A model generated the notes under the pieces. That model worked only from the letters and a program-made list of their open reading frames with translations, was not told where the DNA came from and made no database searches. Positions 18,521 to 26,809 of a stretch of 34,707 bases of DNA are shown here, piece by piece. Position 1 is the stretch's first letter, and every line of letters begins with the position of its first letter. This stretch comes from Proteobacteria bacterium SPGG2. GTDB taxonomy: Bacteria > Pseudomonadota > Gammaproteobacteria > Acidiferrobacterales > SPGG2. Location: assembly GCA_001643475.1 (NCBI GenBank), contig LXTK01000241.1:483-35189 (forward strand), given 5' to 3'. The translations under genes were made by a program, and so were the position numbers.

Positions 18521-19474
18521 ATGTTACGGACAACCAACGAATCAGTAACCGCGAAGACGGTAAATTTCTCGGGAAAAAGTGCAGGTCGAACCACAAGCGC
18601 GGCCTGGCTCAAGACCCGACCCAACGGTAGTAGCCAGCGGGGCTTTGACAAGGCCCTAAGGACCGTCGCCGTCCTACAGACCACGCTCGAGCTCGAACAG
18701 CTGGCAAAGCTATTCTCGCGCGAAGTCGGTGCCAGCGTGCCCCATAGCAGCATCAACTACCGCAACGATCAGCCCGAAATCGATCTGACGGTTGGGCGCA
18801 CGGCCAAGCATACATGTACCTTTCGACTAATCGTCGAAAAGCAGAACCTGGGCCAGGTTACCTTCACCCGTGGAAAGGCCTTTACCGAGAAAGAGAGTGC
18901 TATGCTCGAGTTCCTGCTATCGAGTCTTGCCTATCCTCTGCGAAACGCCTTGCAGTACGAAAATGCGTTTCAGGCGTCACTCACCGATCCGCTGACCGGT
19001 ATCTACAATCGTACGGCCATGGAAGCGGCACTGCGCCGCGAAATCTCTCTTGCCCACCGTCATCGCACGCCTTTGTCTCTCATAATAATGGATATCGATC
19101 GGCTCAAGCAGGTTAACGACAAATACGGCCACGTAGCCGGTGATCAACTGATTAAGGCAGTGGTGGATGCTGTGTGTGGCTCCCTGCGCCAGACGGATTT
19201 GGTATCTCGTTACGGCGGTGACGAGTTTACGATTCTGTTGAATAACACGGCGCGGCGCGGTGCAGCAGTGCTGGCCGAGAATATCCGCGAGAAAATCCAG
19301 AGCGTGGCTTGCCAATTCGAGGACAAGACCATCAACGTGACCGCTAGCATGGGGGTTGCGTCCCTGACCGGCAGGGACAAGCACACTGGCCTTTTCGCCC
19401 GCGCCGACCAGGCGCTCTACGACGCCAAGCGGCAAGGGCGCAACTGCATCAAGGTCGCTGGAGCAACCAAGTAG
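18521..19474 (+). CDS. Diguanylate cyclase (GGDEF domain) with a GAF-like N-terminal sensor region
   Basis: The peptide reads DPLTGIYNR...MDIDRLKQVNDKYGHVAGD...RQTDLVSRYGGDEFTILL. The GGDEF motif is intact and an RxxD I-site lies 5 residues upstream. The exact start is uncertain. Confidence 0.85.
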   Translation: MLRTTNESVTAKTVNFSGKSAGRTTSAAWLKTRPNGSSQRGFDKALRTVAVLQTTLELEQLAKLFSREVGASVPHSSINYRNDQPEIDLTVGRTAKHTCTFRLIVEKQNLGQVTFTRGKAFTEKESAMLEFLLSSLAYPLRNALQYENAFQASLTDPLTGIYNRTAMEAALRREISLAHRHRTPLSLIIMDIDRLKQVNDKYGHVAGDQLIKAVVDAVCGSLRQTDLVSRYGGDEFTILLNNTARRGAAVLAENIREKIQSVACQFEDKTINVTASMGVASLTGRDKHTGLFARADQALYDAKRQGRNCIKVAGATK

Positions 19475-19744
19475 TCATCGTCAAAGGCATTCGCCGATAC
19501 ATCTCTTCTCGACACCTCGCTACACCGATTGACCAGCGCAAGTCGTTAGCGCTCTAGGCAGCGCACAAGCTCGATGCGGCAGCAAGAATCGGGTGGCCCA
19601 GCCCGAGATGCCCGCGTACATTTGCTTCCCCTAAGAAACAGTCAATGGAGATCGTTTGCCATAAGAGCCAAAGCTTATGCCGTATACGGGTTACCACTGA
19701 GTAGTCCAACCGCAGCAGACGCCGGCCATGGTTTGTGGTGGAGG

Positions 19745-19897
19745 ATGTGTGGTCTCATTGATATGCTGTTCGCGTGGTACCAGCGCGCGCGTCAACGTCG
19801 GGCCCTGTTGACCCTCGATGATTGCATACTCAAAGATATCAGCATCAGCCGGGCCGACGCCAAATTAGAGGCCAACAAACCTTTCTGGCGCTGTTAA
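19745..19897 (+). CDS. DUF1127 domain-containing small protein
   Basis: The C-terminal WYQRARQRRALLTLDDCILKDISISRADAKLEANKPFW matches the DUF1127 consensus (basic stretch, L.DIG/S..R, KPFW). I chose the internal ATG to give a typical ~50-aa size. The longer 107-aa ORF from 19574 is possible. Confidence 0.55.
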   Translation: MCGLIDMLFAWYQRARQRRALLTLDDCILKDISISRADAKLEANKPFWRC

Positions 19898-19912
19898 CGG
19901 TAGGTAAGAATA

Positions 19913-20863
19913 ATGACCCTTGAGTTAACCACGACCACACGGGAAAACGCGGCCCCAAGCAACATTGCTTCGGACATCTTGCTAGCGCAATCACGCGACT
20001 ACGATCGAATCGCGCAGGCGCTGGCATACGTTGCGCAACACGCATCGGAACAACCCGATCTCGCTGATATCGCTAGCGAAGTCGGATTAAGCGAATACCA
20101 TTTTCAGCGACTCTTCAGCCACTGGGTTGGCATAAGCCCAAAGAAGTTCTTGCAATACCTCACACTTTCGCGGGCAAAGCAAAGCCTGTCCGACTCAGCC
20201 AGCGTATTGGACGCCACCTTCGATGCCGGACTATCAAGCCCGAGCCGGCTTCATGACCTGTTCGTGCGCTGCGAGGCAGTAACCCCCGGCGAGTACAAAC
20301 GCCGTGGCCAAGATCTCACCATCCAATACGGCTTCCACCCTACGCCATTCGGTGAATGTCTGTTGATGCTGACCGAGCGCGGTATTTGTGGTCTTTCTTT
20401 CGTAATCGAGGGTGACCGGGAGAGTGCCCTTACCCATCAGCTGACCGGCCGGGAACAGGCGCAGGCGGTCTCGGATCAAGACGCTACCCGTGGCGCCGCC
20501 GAGCGGATCTTTGCGTCCCATAATGAATCACCAACACCCGGCACTTCACCGCTACGATTGCTTTTGCGAGGTACGCCGTTTCAGGTCAAGGTGTGGGAGG
20601 CTTTACTTCGGGTACCGGCCGGCTCGCTAACAACCTATGAGTCGCTCGCCCGCCTTTCGGGATATCGTGGCAACGCAGCGCGAGCGGTTGGGCAAGCAGT
20701 CAGTCACAACCTTATCGCCTACCTAATCCCTTGTCATCGCATCATTCGCAAGACCGGTGTGATCGGCAATTATCGTTGGGGCCCGATCCGTAAGCGAGCG
20801 TTGATTGGTTGGGAAGCGGCCCGGGGTGAGATCGGGCGGTTTGATTCGGTCACAGTGTCTTGA
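19913..20863 (+). CDS. AraC-type HTH fused to methylated-DNA-[protein]-cysteine S-methyltransferase (Ada/Ogt-like)
   Basis: It has the AraC HTH LADIASEVGLSEYHFQRLFSHWVGISPKKFLQY. The C-terminal MGMT domain carries the active site IPCHRIIRKTG. Confidence 0.88.
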   Translation: MTLELTTTTRENAAPSNIASDILLAQSRDYDRIAQALAYVAQHASEQPDLADIASEVGLSEYHFQRLFSHWVGISPKKFLQYLTLSRAKQSLSDSASVLDATFDAGLSSPSRLHDLFVRCEAVTPGEYKRRGQDLTIQYGFHPTPFGECLLMLTERGICGLSFVIEGDRESALTHQLTGREQAQAVSDQDATRGAAERIFASHNESPTPGTSPLRLLLRGTPFQVKVWEALLRVPAGSLTTYESLARLSGYRGNAARAVGQAVSHNLIAYLIPCHRIIRKTGVIGNYRWGPIRKRALIGWEAARGEIGRFDSVTVS

Positions 20864-21260
20864 AGACTTTGGCGATGGACTCGCCGTGGACTGAAAGATC
20901 CCATTCGCATGTATAGCCGAATGGCGTAGTCCATACCTCGTAGCCTGTCGATCTCAGCCTGGCCGCTAGGTCTTCGAGGAAGGTGCGAGCGAAATCCGGT
21001 TCCGCTTTGCTGCTAGAGAGATGAGTAAAGGAATGCAGCACTATTCTCTTAAGACCGCGCTTGTTCGCCAACCACTTTGTGTTCTTTAGGGTAGTTGTCA
21101 GTACTTTGCTGCGACGCCCTTCATCTTCGGGTTCAGCATGCACAAAGATGACGGCAACGTCCGCCAGATCCTCTTCTACATCTCGATCATCCGCGTCCGC
21201 TAGCGTCTTGAGAAACGTCTTGAAGCGAAATCGCCGCGCCTGGAACATCAACAGTTTCAT
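20850..21260 (-). CDS. Free-standing homologue of the archaeal threonyl-tRNA synthetase editing domain (tRNA-Thr_ED, DTD-like fold)
   Basis: The 136-aa protein aligns along its whole length with my recollection of the Pyrococcus abyssi ThrRS N-terminal editing domain. MKLLMFQ aligns with MRVLLIH, VAVIFVHAE with VLVAFISVE, IVLHSFTHLSS..AEP with VFVYPFAHLSSELAKP, and TPFGY...L.V.G with APFGY...ISCKG. It lies 23 nt downstream of the LysR gene. Confidence 0.65.
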   Translation of the reverse strand: MKLLMFQARRFRFKTFLKTLADADDRDVEEDLADVAVIFVHAEPEDEGRRSKVLTTTLKNTKWLANKRGLKRIVLHSFTHLSSSKAEPDFARTFLEDLAARLRSTGYEVWTTPFGYTCEWDLSVHGESIAKVFKTL

Positions 21261-21283
21261 CGGCGGTGTACTCTGCTATCACC

Positions 21284-22201
21284 TCATAGCTTTCGGTTTG
21301 CCTCGTACTCACGCGCTTCGGCTATCAGCCATTCACGAAACGCAGTAATCCTCGGCCGGTTGACCGCCGTTTTCGCGCACACCATATAGTAGCCGAAGCT
21401 CACGGGGACACTTAGATCAAAGGGCTTGATCAATCGACCGGCGGCAAGATCATCGGCCACCAGTACGCTACCCGCCAACGCGATGCCATGACCCTCGATC
21501 GCCGCCTGTATTGCCATGCCGGCAAGACTGAACTGTGGCCCACGCGTAGCGTCGATATCATGCACACCGGCCGCCAGTAACCACATAGACCAATCCGGCT
21601 GCGCGCGGGTCCCCCACTCGCCATGCAATAACGTGTGCGCTTTGAGATCGCCTGGCTTCCGTAAAGGATGCGGTCCCTCGAGCAAACCCGGACTACACAC
21701 CGGGAACACCTCCTCCGCCATCAAGGGTTCGACGTGGACCTCGGGATAGTCGCCCGCCCCGTAGCGGATACCGATATCGACCTCCTCGCGAGCGAAATCG
21801 ACCAATCGATCGGTCGCATCTATACGCACATCGATACCCGGATGTGCGGCCCGGAATCGATCGAGGCGAGATAGCAACCACCTGGCGCCGAAAGTGGGTG
21901 GCACGGTGACCGCTAAGGCGCGATGCTCATCGTGGATGCGAGACGCGGTAACGGCTTCCGCCAGCCGGTCAAATCCCTCCGCCAGCCCCGGCAGGCAGGC
22001 TTGACCGGCGTCGGTCAGCAACAACGCGCGATTCAGCCGTCGAAAGAGCTGTACACCCAGATAATCCTCGAGCGCCTTCACCTGATGGCTGACCGCGGCC
22101 GGGGTCACGTGGAGCTCTTGCGCCGCCTTGGTAAGGCTCAGATGACGGCCGGCGGCCTCAAAGGCGCGCAGCGCATTGAGTGGGGGTAACCGACGTTCCA
22201 T
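21284..22201 (-). CDS. LysR-family transcriptional regulator (GcvA/AmpR-like subgroup)
   Basis: The N-terminal wHTH is LPPLNALRAFEAAGRHLSLTKAAQELHVTPAAVSHQVKALEDYLGVQLFRR. The 305-aa length is typical. Confidence 0.92.
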   Translation of the reverse strand: MERRLPPLNALRAFEAAGRHLSLTKAAQELHVTPAAVSHQVKALEDYLGVQLFRRLNRALLLTDAGQACLPGLAEGFDRLAEAVTASRIHDEHRALAVTVPPTFGARWLLSRLDRFRAAHPGIDVRIDATDRLVDFAREEVDIGIRYGAGDYPEVHVEPLMAEEVFPVCSPGLLEGPHPLRKPGDLKAHTLLHGEWGTRAQPDWSMWLLAAGVHDIDATRGPQFSLAGMAIQAAIEGHGIALAGSVLVADDLAAGRLIKPFDLSVPVSFGYYMVCAKTAVNRPRITAFREWLIAEAREYEANRKL

Positions 22202-22327
22202 GGTCTAGGTCACGTTAGATTTACTAAATCGAATGATACAAATCGTCGTTTGTCAGCGCCTTATTTATACCCTATCTTATGCACGTGAGCATTGAAACCG
22301 ATTAACTTAACTAAGAGGAATTCTAAA

Positions 22328-22777
22328 GTGAATAGAGCAACTAATCAATACTTAAACACTGGTTTTGATCGAGGCTTATCCTTACTTTCACAGAGTCTGA
22401 CTGGCTATGACTGGGCCCCAAGACGTGATCTCGACCATGACACCGTCAAGCGCTACGCCACGGTTGACCGCAAGCCGCGTGCGCAGGCCTTAAGGCAAGC
22501 CCTGCGACGTCTCGCCCAGGCGATTGTCGGCGCATCCAGGCGGGCCGCTCAGGCGCTCAAACACCGGCGCCTGCGACGTGCAAGCATCCGCGAGCTAGCG
22601 GGACTGACCGACCGTCAGTTGGATGATATCGGTTTGTTTCGGGCCGAGATTCCAGCTGCCGTCGACAAGCTGCTACGGAACGAATCGCAACCGGCGGCTG
22701 AGCCTAAGTCGAAAGTAGTGACCATTTCGGTGACAAAGAACCCAGCCAACGACGAAAGATCGAGACTTGCGGCCTAA
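22328..22777 (+). CDS. Atypically long DUF1127 domain-containing protein
   Basis: A central LKHRRLRRASIRELAGLTDRQLDDIGLFRAEI matches DUF1127. The GTG at 22328 is preceded by an AAGAGGA SD 8 nt upstream. The ORF-track start at 22292 (TTG) is less likely. Confidence 0.65.
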   Translation: MNRATNQYLNTGFDRGLSLLSQSLTGYDWAPRRDLDHDTVKRYATVDRKPRAQALRQALRRLAQAIVGASRRAAQALKHRRLRRASIRELAGLTDRQLDDIGLFRAEIPAAVDKLLRNESQPAAEPKSKVVTISVTKNPANDERSRLAA

Positions 22778-22791
22778 CCCGCCCTGGCCCG

Positions 22792-22817
22792 GCCGCCCCG
22801 TGTGCATATGGGGCGGT
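22792..22817. terminator. GC-rich hairpin between convergent genes (possible bidirectional terminator without a U-tract)
   Basis: GCCGCCCC-gtgtgcatat-GGGGCGGT, 7 bp plus one G-U pair. It sits between the DUF1127 stop (22777) and the GFA stop (22835). Neither side has a T-run. Confidence 0.3.
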
Positions 22818-22834
22818 CGTGGCCTTGGTGCGCA

Positions 22835-23161
22835 CTATTCCATCAACGCGCCGTCGCTTAGAAGTTCGGGCTCTAGCGCGAACACATCAACACCCTCCAG
22901 GCAACCGACGTTAACGCCGTAGTGACCAGGTCGTGTACGAGGGCGATGAAACGGATAGATACCGCACTGGCGGCAGAAATAATGTTTCGCGGTGTGAGTA
23001 TGAAACTGATAGAGCGACAGATAGTCTTCACCCTCGATTAGGGTGAAATTCTGCTCCGGCACATAGTGCATAACGGCGCCCCGCCGGCGACACAAGGAAC
23101 AATTGCATCGGGCTGAGTAATCAAGCGTTGTCTCGATTTCCGAACTTGACCTTACCGCCAT
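22835..23161 (-). CDS. GFA (glutathione-dependent formaldehyde-activating / CENP-V) family protein, apparently N-terminally disrupted
   Basis: The peptide has CNCSLCRRRG...YFCRQCGIYPF...GVNVGCL, the GFA Cys motifs. The family's usual first motif (G.C.CG.V.F) is encoded in another frame upstream, from 23186 to 23121. See the findings. Confidence 0.75.
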   Translation of the reverse strand: MAVRSSSEIETTLDYSARCNCSLCRRRGAVMHYVPEQNFTLIEGEDYLSLYQFHTHTAKHYFCRQCGIYPFHRPRTRPGHYGVNVGCLEGVDVFALEPELLSDGALME

Positions 23162-23193
23162 GACAATGACCGACGAATTTAGTCATGATTGAC

Positions 23194-23904
23194 TTAGTTT
23201 TCTAACACCACATTCACGCGCCGATTGTGTTTGCCCTTTTTCTCGATCTTACCTACCCGCACCTTGCCGATTTCGCCGATCGAGGCCAGATGAGTACCAC
23301 CACAGGGTTGCAGATCCAGCCCTTCGATCTCCACTAGGCGTACACGCCCCCGCCCGCTGGGTGGTTTGACAGACATGGTTCGCACTAATTCTGGCTTGCT
23401 CGCCATCTCCTCGTCGGTAATCCACCGGGACCGAACCGAACGATTCTCGCTGATAAGCCGATTGAGCTCGGACGTAATGTGTTCCTTGTCCAGCGTCGGT
23501 TCAGGCAGATCGAAGTCCAGGCGACCGCTGCCGTCGCGCACAGAACCGCCGGTAACACCACCGGCAACAACGGTACACAGCAAATGCAAACAGGTGTGCA
23601 TACGCATCAATCGGTAACGCCGATCCCAGTCGATCACCGCTGTGACCTTGTCTCCCGATTTTAGGGCCGGCATCTGTGATTCGGGGATGTGCAGGATCTG
23701 TCCCGGCACATCGCCTTTTCGTGTATCTGTTATGCGTACTTCTGCCCCTGCTGCATTACGTAGCACGCCGGTATCACCCGGTTGGCCGCCACCCATCGGA
23801 TAGAAAACCGTACGGTCAAGCTGTATGCCGTTTTCGTCGACTGCGGTCACCACCGCTTCACATTGGCTGGCATAGGAATCGGTCCTAAACACCTCTTCGG
23901 TCAT
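23194..23904 (-). CDS. alaX: Alanyl-tRNA editing protein AlaX (free-standing AlaRS editing-domain homologue)
   Basis: From the ATG at 23904, with a GGAGG SD 6 nt upstream, the peptide reads MTEEVFRTDSY...FYPMGGGQPGDTG.... It carries the zinc motifs MHTCLHLL (HxxxH) and CGGTH (CxxxH). Length 236 aa. The 346-aa ORF-track version overlaps the upstream gene and was rejected. Confidence 0.88.
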   Translation of the reverse strand: MTEEVFRTDSYASQCEAVVTAVDENGIQLDRTVFYPMGGGQPGDTGVLRNAAGAEVRITDTRKGDVPGQILHIPESQMPALKSGDKVTAVIDWDRRYRLMRMHTCLHLLCTVVAGGVTGGSVRDGSGRLDFDLPEPTLDKEHITSELNRLISENRSVRSRWITDEEMASKPELVRTMSVKPPSGRGRVRLVEIEGLDLQPCGGTHLASIGEIGKVRVGKIEKKGKHNRRVNVVLEN

Positions 23905-23956
23905 CGACATCCTCCATCCAGGAATCAGCATATAGATGAGACAGTTTACCGGATGC

Positions 23957-24853
23957 CTATGCCAGAATCTCGTCCAAGGCCAGCGACAACTCTGGATAGC
24001 GAAACTTGTAACCGGATTCGAGCAATCTTTTGGGTATGACCTTCTGCCCGGTGACGTACAAATGTGCCATCTCTCCAATAAGTAAACGCATTGCCCACCC
24101 CGGGGCCCACATGAATGCAGGCCGATGGAGGATGGCACCCAGCTTGGATGCGAAGTCGTGATTCGTCTCGGGATTGGGCGTCGTAGTATTAAAAGGGCCT
24201 TGCAACGACTTATTCGCCATGAGGTACAGCACAATATCTATCAGATCATCAATGTGAATCCACGACATCCATTGCTTGCCACTCCCCACATGACCGCCCA
24301 ACCCCAACTTGAACTGGGGCAATAGTGAGCTCAATGCACCCCCACCTTTCCCAAGGACTACACCCGAACGCAACAGACAAACCCGAACACCATGGTTAGT
24401 GGCCTTTAAAGCCTCCGTTTCCCAAGCCTTACAGAGGTCGGCTTGATATTCTTGGCCGGGTGAAGAGTCTTCTGTTAACACTTCATCCCCGCGGGCACCG
24501 TAATAGCCGACGGCTGAACCATTGATTAGTAGGCGTGGTGGGCTTCGCACGTGAGCGATGTAATCTATTAATTGTCGTGTCACCCCGACACGGCTTGATA
24601 TGAACGTCTGCTTGAGCTCCCTTGTCCAACGACCACTGCCGAGGCTCAGGCCGGCAAGGTTTACGATCGTCTCGGGTGTACTTTCAGCATCTAGTTCTTT
24701 CAGTGACTCAATCAGCCGGACCGGTCCTTTGAATTGCTGCTGTGCTCGGCGTCTGTCGCGGGTTAATACGGTGACGGCGTACCCGTCGGCGAGTAGCCGC
24801 TTACACAGCGCGCTACCGATAAAGCCGGTACCCCCGGTTACAGCTATGTTCAT
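23957..24853 (-). CDS. TIGR01777/YfcH-like NAD-dependent epimerase family protein (SDR39U1-like)
   Basis: The N-terminal Rossmann motif is MNIAVTGGTGFIGSAL. The C-terminal DUF1731-like end is ...GQKVIPKRLLESGYKFRYPELSLALDEIL. Length 298 aa. Confidence 0.88.
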   Translation of the reverse strand: MNIAVTGGTGFIGSALCKRLLADGYAVTVLTRDRRRAQQQFKGPVRLIESLKELDAESTPETIVNLAGLSLGSGRWTRELKQTFISSRVGVTRQLIDYIAHVRSPPRLLINGSAVGYYGARGDEVLTEDSSPGQEYQADLCKAWETEALKATNHGVRVCLLRSGVVLGKGGGALSSLLPQFKLGLGGHVGSGKQWMSWIHIDDLIDIVLYLMANKSLQGPFNTTTPNPETNHDFASKLGAILHRPAFMWAPGWAMRLLIGEMAHLYVTGQKVIPKRLLESGYKFRYPELSLALDEILA

Positions 24854-24955
24854 CTCTTAACTACCTCCCATATCTGCCGCAGATAGTAAACCTGACTTGC
24901 TCGTGACCACAAAGCACTTAAGAATAGGCGTCGGGATTGCGACGCTAGGATAGCG

Positions 24956-26809
24956 ATGGGCAAAGCGAGAGTTCGAACATGGGTGTGGCATTTTGACAGT
25001 CCGGTAGAGAAGATCTGGCCGGTGCTTGCCGATACGGCGCGTTTCAATGAGGCGGCGCAGCTACCGAAACACAAAGTACAAGAAATTCCACAAGCTGACG
25101 GTTCCACACGCTACTACGGTCATGCTCGCATGGGACCATTCAAATTGAGTTGGGAAGAGTTGCCGGTTAACTGGGTTGATAATCAATGGTTCAGACATTG
25201 TCGTCATTTCAGCCACGGGCCTCTCAAGTCACTTTGCGCGACATTAAAGTTTTTTCCAGAAGACACCGGCTGTCGAGGTGAGTATACGATTGAAGTTGAA
25301 CCAGCCAATCGGCTCGGCCGTACGATCTTAGCATTGGGATTCTTACGCAATGTCGGCAAGACATTCTCACCGCTCGCAGACAATGCCCGCCACTTTGCCC
25401 GCGGTCAAAGAGAAACCGAGTTCGATCACAAACCACCCGAGCTGACACCGGGCGCCAAGCAACGTGTGCCCGCGTTAGTTACCAAGATTGAAGCCACACC
25501 ACACGGTCATGGGCTGGCACAAAAACTCGCTGACTATGTCTTAACGCGACAGGAAGTCGACCTCTGGACCATCCGCCCCCTGAAACTCGCACGTAAGTGG
25601 GGGGTACTCGATCGCCATGCCATTGAAGTATGCCTGGAGGCGGTGAAACAGGGATTGCTCGCGCTGCGCTGGGATCTGTTGTGTCCGCGCTGCCAAGTCG
25701 GAAAGAAGTCGGTATTGGCCCTCGGCCAGCTACCCACAGGCGCACATTGTTCATCGTGCAACGTCGACTACGATCGCGAGTATTCTAAGAACGTGGAACT
25801 CGCGTTTTATCCTGCAACATCGATTCGTCCCCTGGAAAGCGGTGAGTACTGCCTATTTGGCCCAATGAGCACACCCCATATCAAGTTACACCTGACGCTG
25901 GAGCCGGGTGAGAAGCGCGACGTCGCCATCGATTTACCACACGGCAACTACCGCTTGCGTACGCTAGAACCGGCAGGTGAGGAGACCGCTCAATGGGATA
26001 CCGGTGGCTTCCCATCAGTCGTTGCCGATGGGACGACGGTTGTCGCGGGCGAACCCTCAGCGACAGGAACGGTAAGCCTGAACAATAAGTCGGAACGGAA
26101 ATTGACCTTCATCGTCGAGGAACGTGCGTGGATGCGCGACGCGTTGACCGCGGATCGCGCCACCGCGTTACAGGCCTTCCGTGACCTATTCAACGAAGAT
26201 ACCCTGCGGCCGGGTGACAATGTCGACATCGACTACATCACCATCATGTTTACAGATCTAAAGGGCTCGACTGCACTTTACGAGCGTATCGGCGACCCCC
26301 GCGCCTACCACCTAGTGCGCGAGCACTACGCCATCATTGGCAAGACGGTGCGTGAATACGATGGCGCCGTCGTCAAGACGATTGGCGATGCCGTGATGGG
26401 TGTATTCACGAACCCTGAAAATGCCCTGCGTTGCGGCATCCAACTGCACACTGATTTTGCCGAATTCAACTCGACATCGGGTAAGGAACCGGTGACGATT
26501 AAAGTGGGATTCCACGTTGGACGGTGTATTGCGGTGTCGCTTAATAACCGACTTGATTACTACGGCACTGCTGCCAACAAAGCGGCGCGCCTGCAAAACC
26601 AAAGCGTGGGTGGCGACATCGTGATTTCACCTGAGTTGGCGGCTGACCCAAACGTGGCGTCGTTGCTCGTGAATTTCTCTCCGCGGGAAGAACAGGCGAA
26701 ACTGAAAGGTTATAGCGAGCCCATACGATTCCTTCGGATCACGGCAGAGGAGCTTACTGCTAAGCGCCGCTCCCTCCCTAACCCTCCCCCATCACAGGGG
26801 AGGGAATAA
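24956..26809 (+). CDS. Class III adenylate/guanylate cyclase with a large N-terminal sensor (SRPBCC-like plus Cys4 zinc-ribbon-like region)
   Basis: The C-terminal CHD has IMFTDLKGSTALYERIGD...KTIGDAVMGVF...GTAANKAARLQ. A CPRC...CSSC motif lies in the middle region. Confidence 0.85.
   Translation: MGKARVRTWVWHFDSPVEKIWPVLADTARFNEAAQLPKHKVQEIPQADGSTRYYGHARMGPFKLSWEELPVNWVDNQWFRHCRHFSHGPLKSLCATLKFFPEDTGCRGEYTIEVEPANRLGRTILALGFLRNVGKTFSPLADNARHFARGQRETEFDHKPPELTPGAKQRVPALVTKIEATPHGHGLAQKLADYVLTRQEVDLWTIRPLKLARKWGVLDRHAIEVCLEAVKQGLLALRWDLLCPRCQVGKKSVLALGQLPTGAHCSSCNVDYDREYSKNVELAFYPATSIRPLESGEYCLFGPMSTPHIKLHLTLEPGEKRDVAIDLPHGNYRLRTLEPAGEETAQWDTGGFPSVVADGTTVVAGEPSATGTVSLNNKSERKLTFIVEERAWMRDALTADRATALQAFRDLFNEDTLRPGDNVDIDYITIMFTDLKGSTALYERIGDPRAYHLVREHYAIIGKTVREYDGAVVKTIGDAVMGVFTNPENALRCGIQLHTDFAEFNSTSGKEPVTIKVGFHVGRCIAVSLNNRLDYYGTAANKAARLQNQSVGGDIVISPELAADPNVASLLVNFSPREEQAKLKGYSEPIRFLRITAEELTAKRRSLPNPPPSQGRE

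Noticed and set aside
23905-24234. An N-terminal extension that makes alaX a 346-aa ORF.
   Set aside because: It overlaps the 3' end of the well-supported yfcH-like gene in another frame. The AlaX homology and a GGAGG SD begin at 23904.
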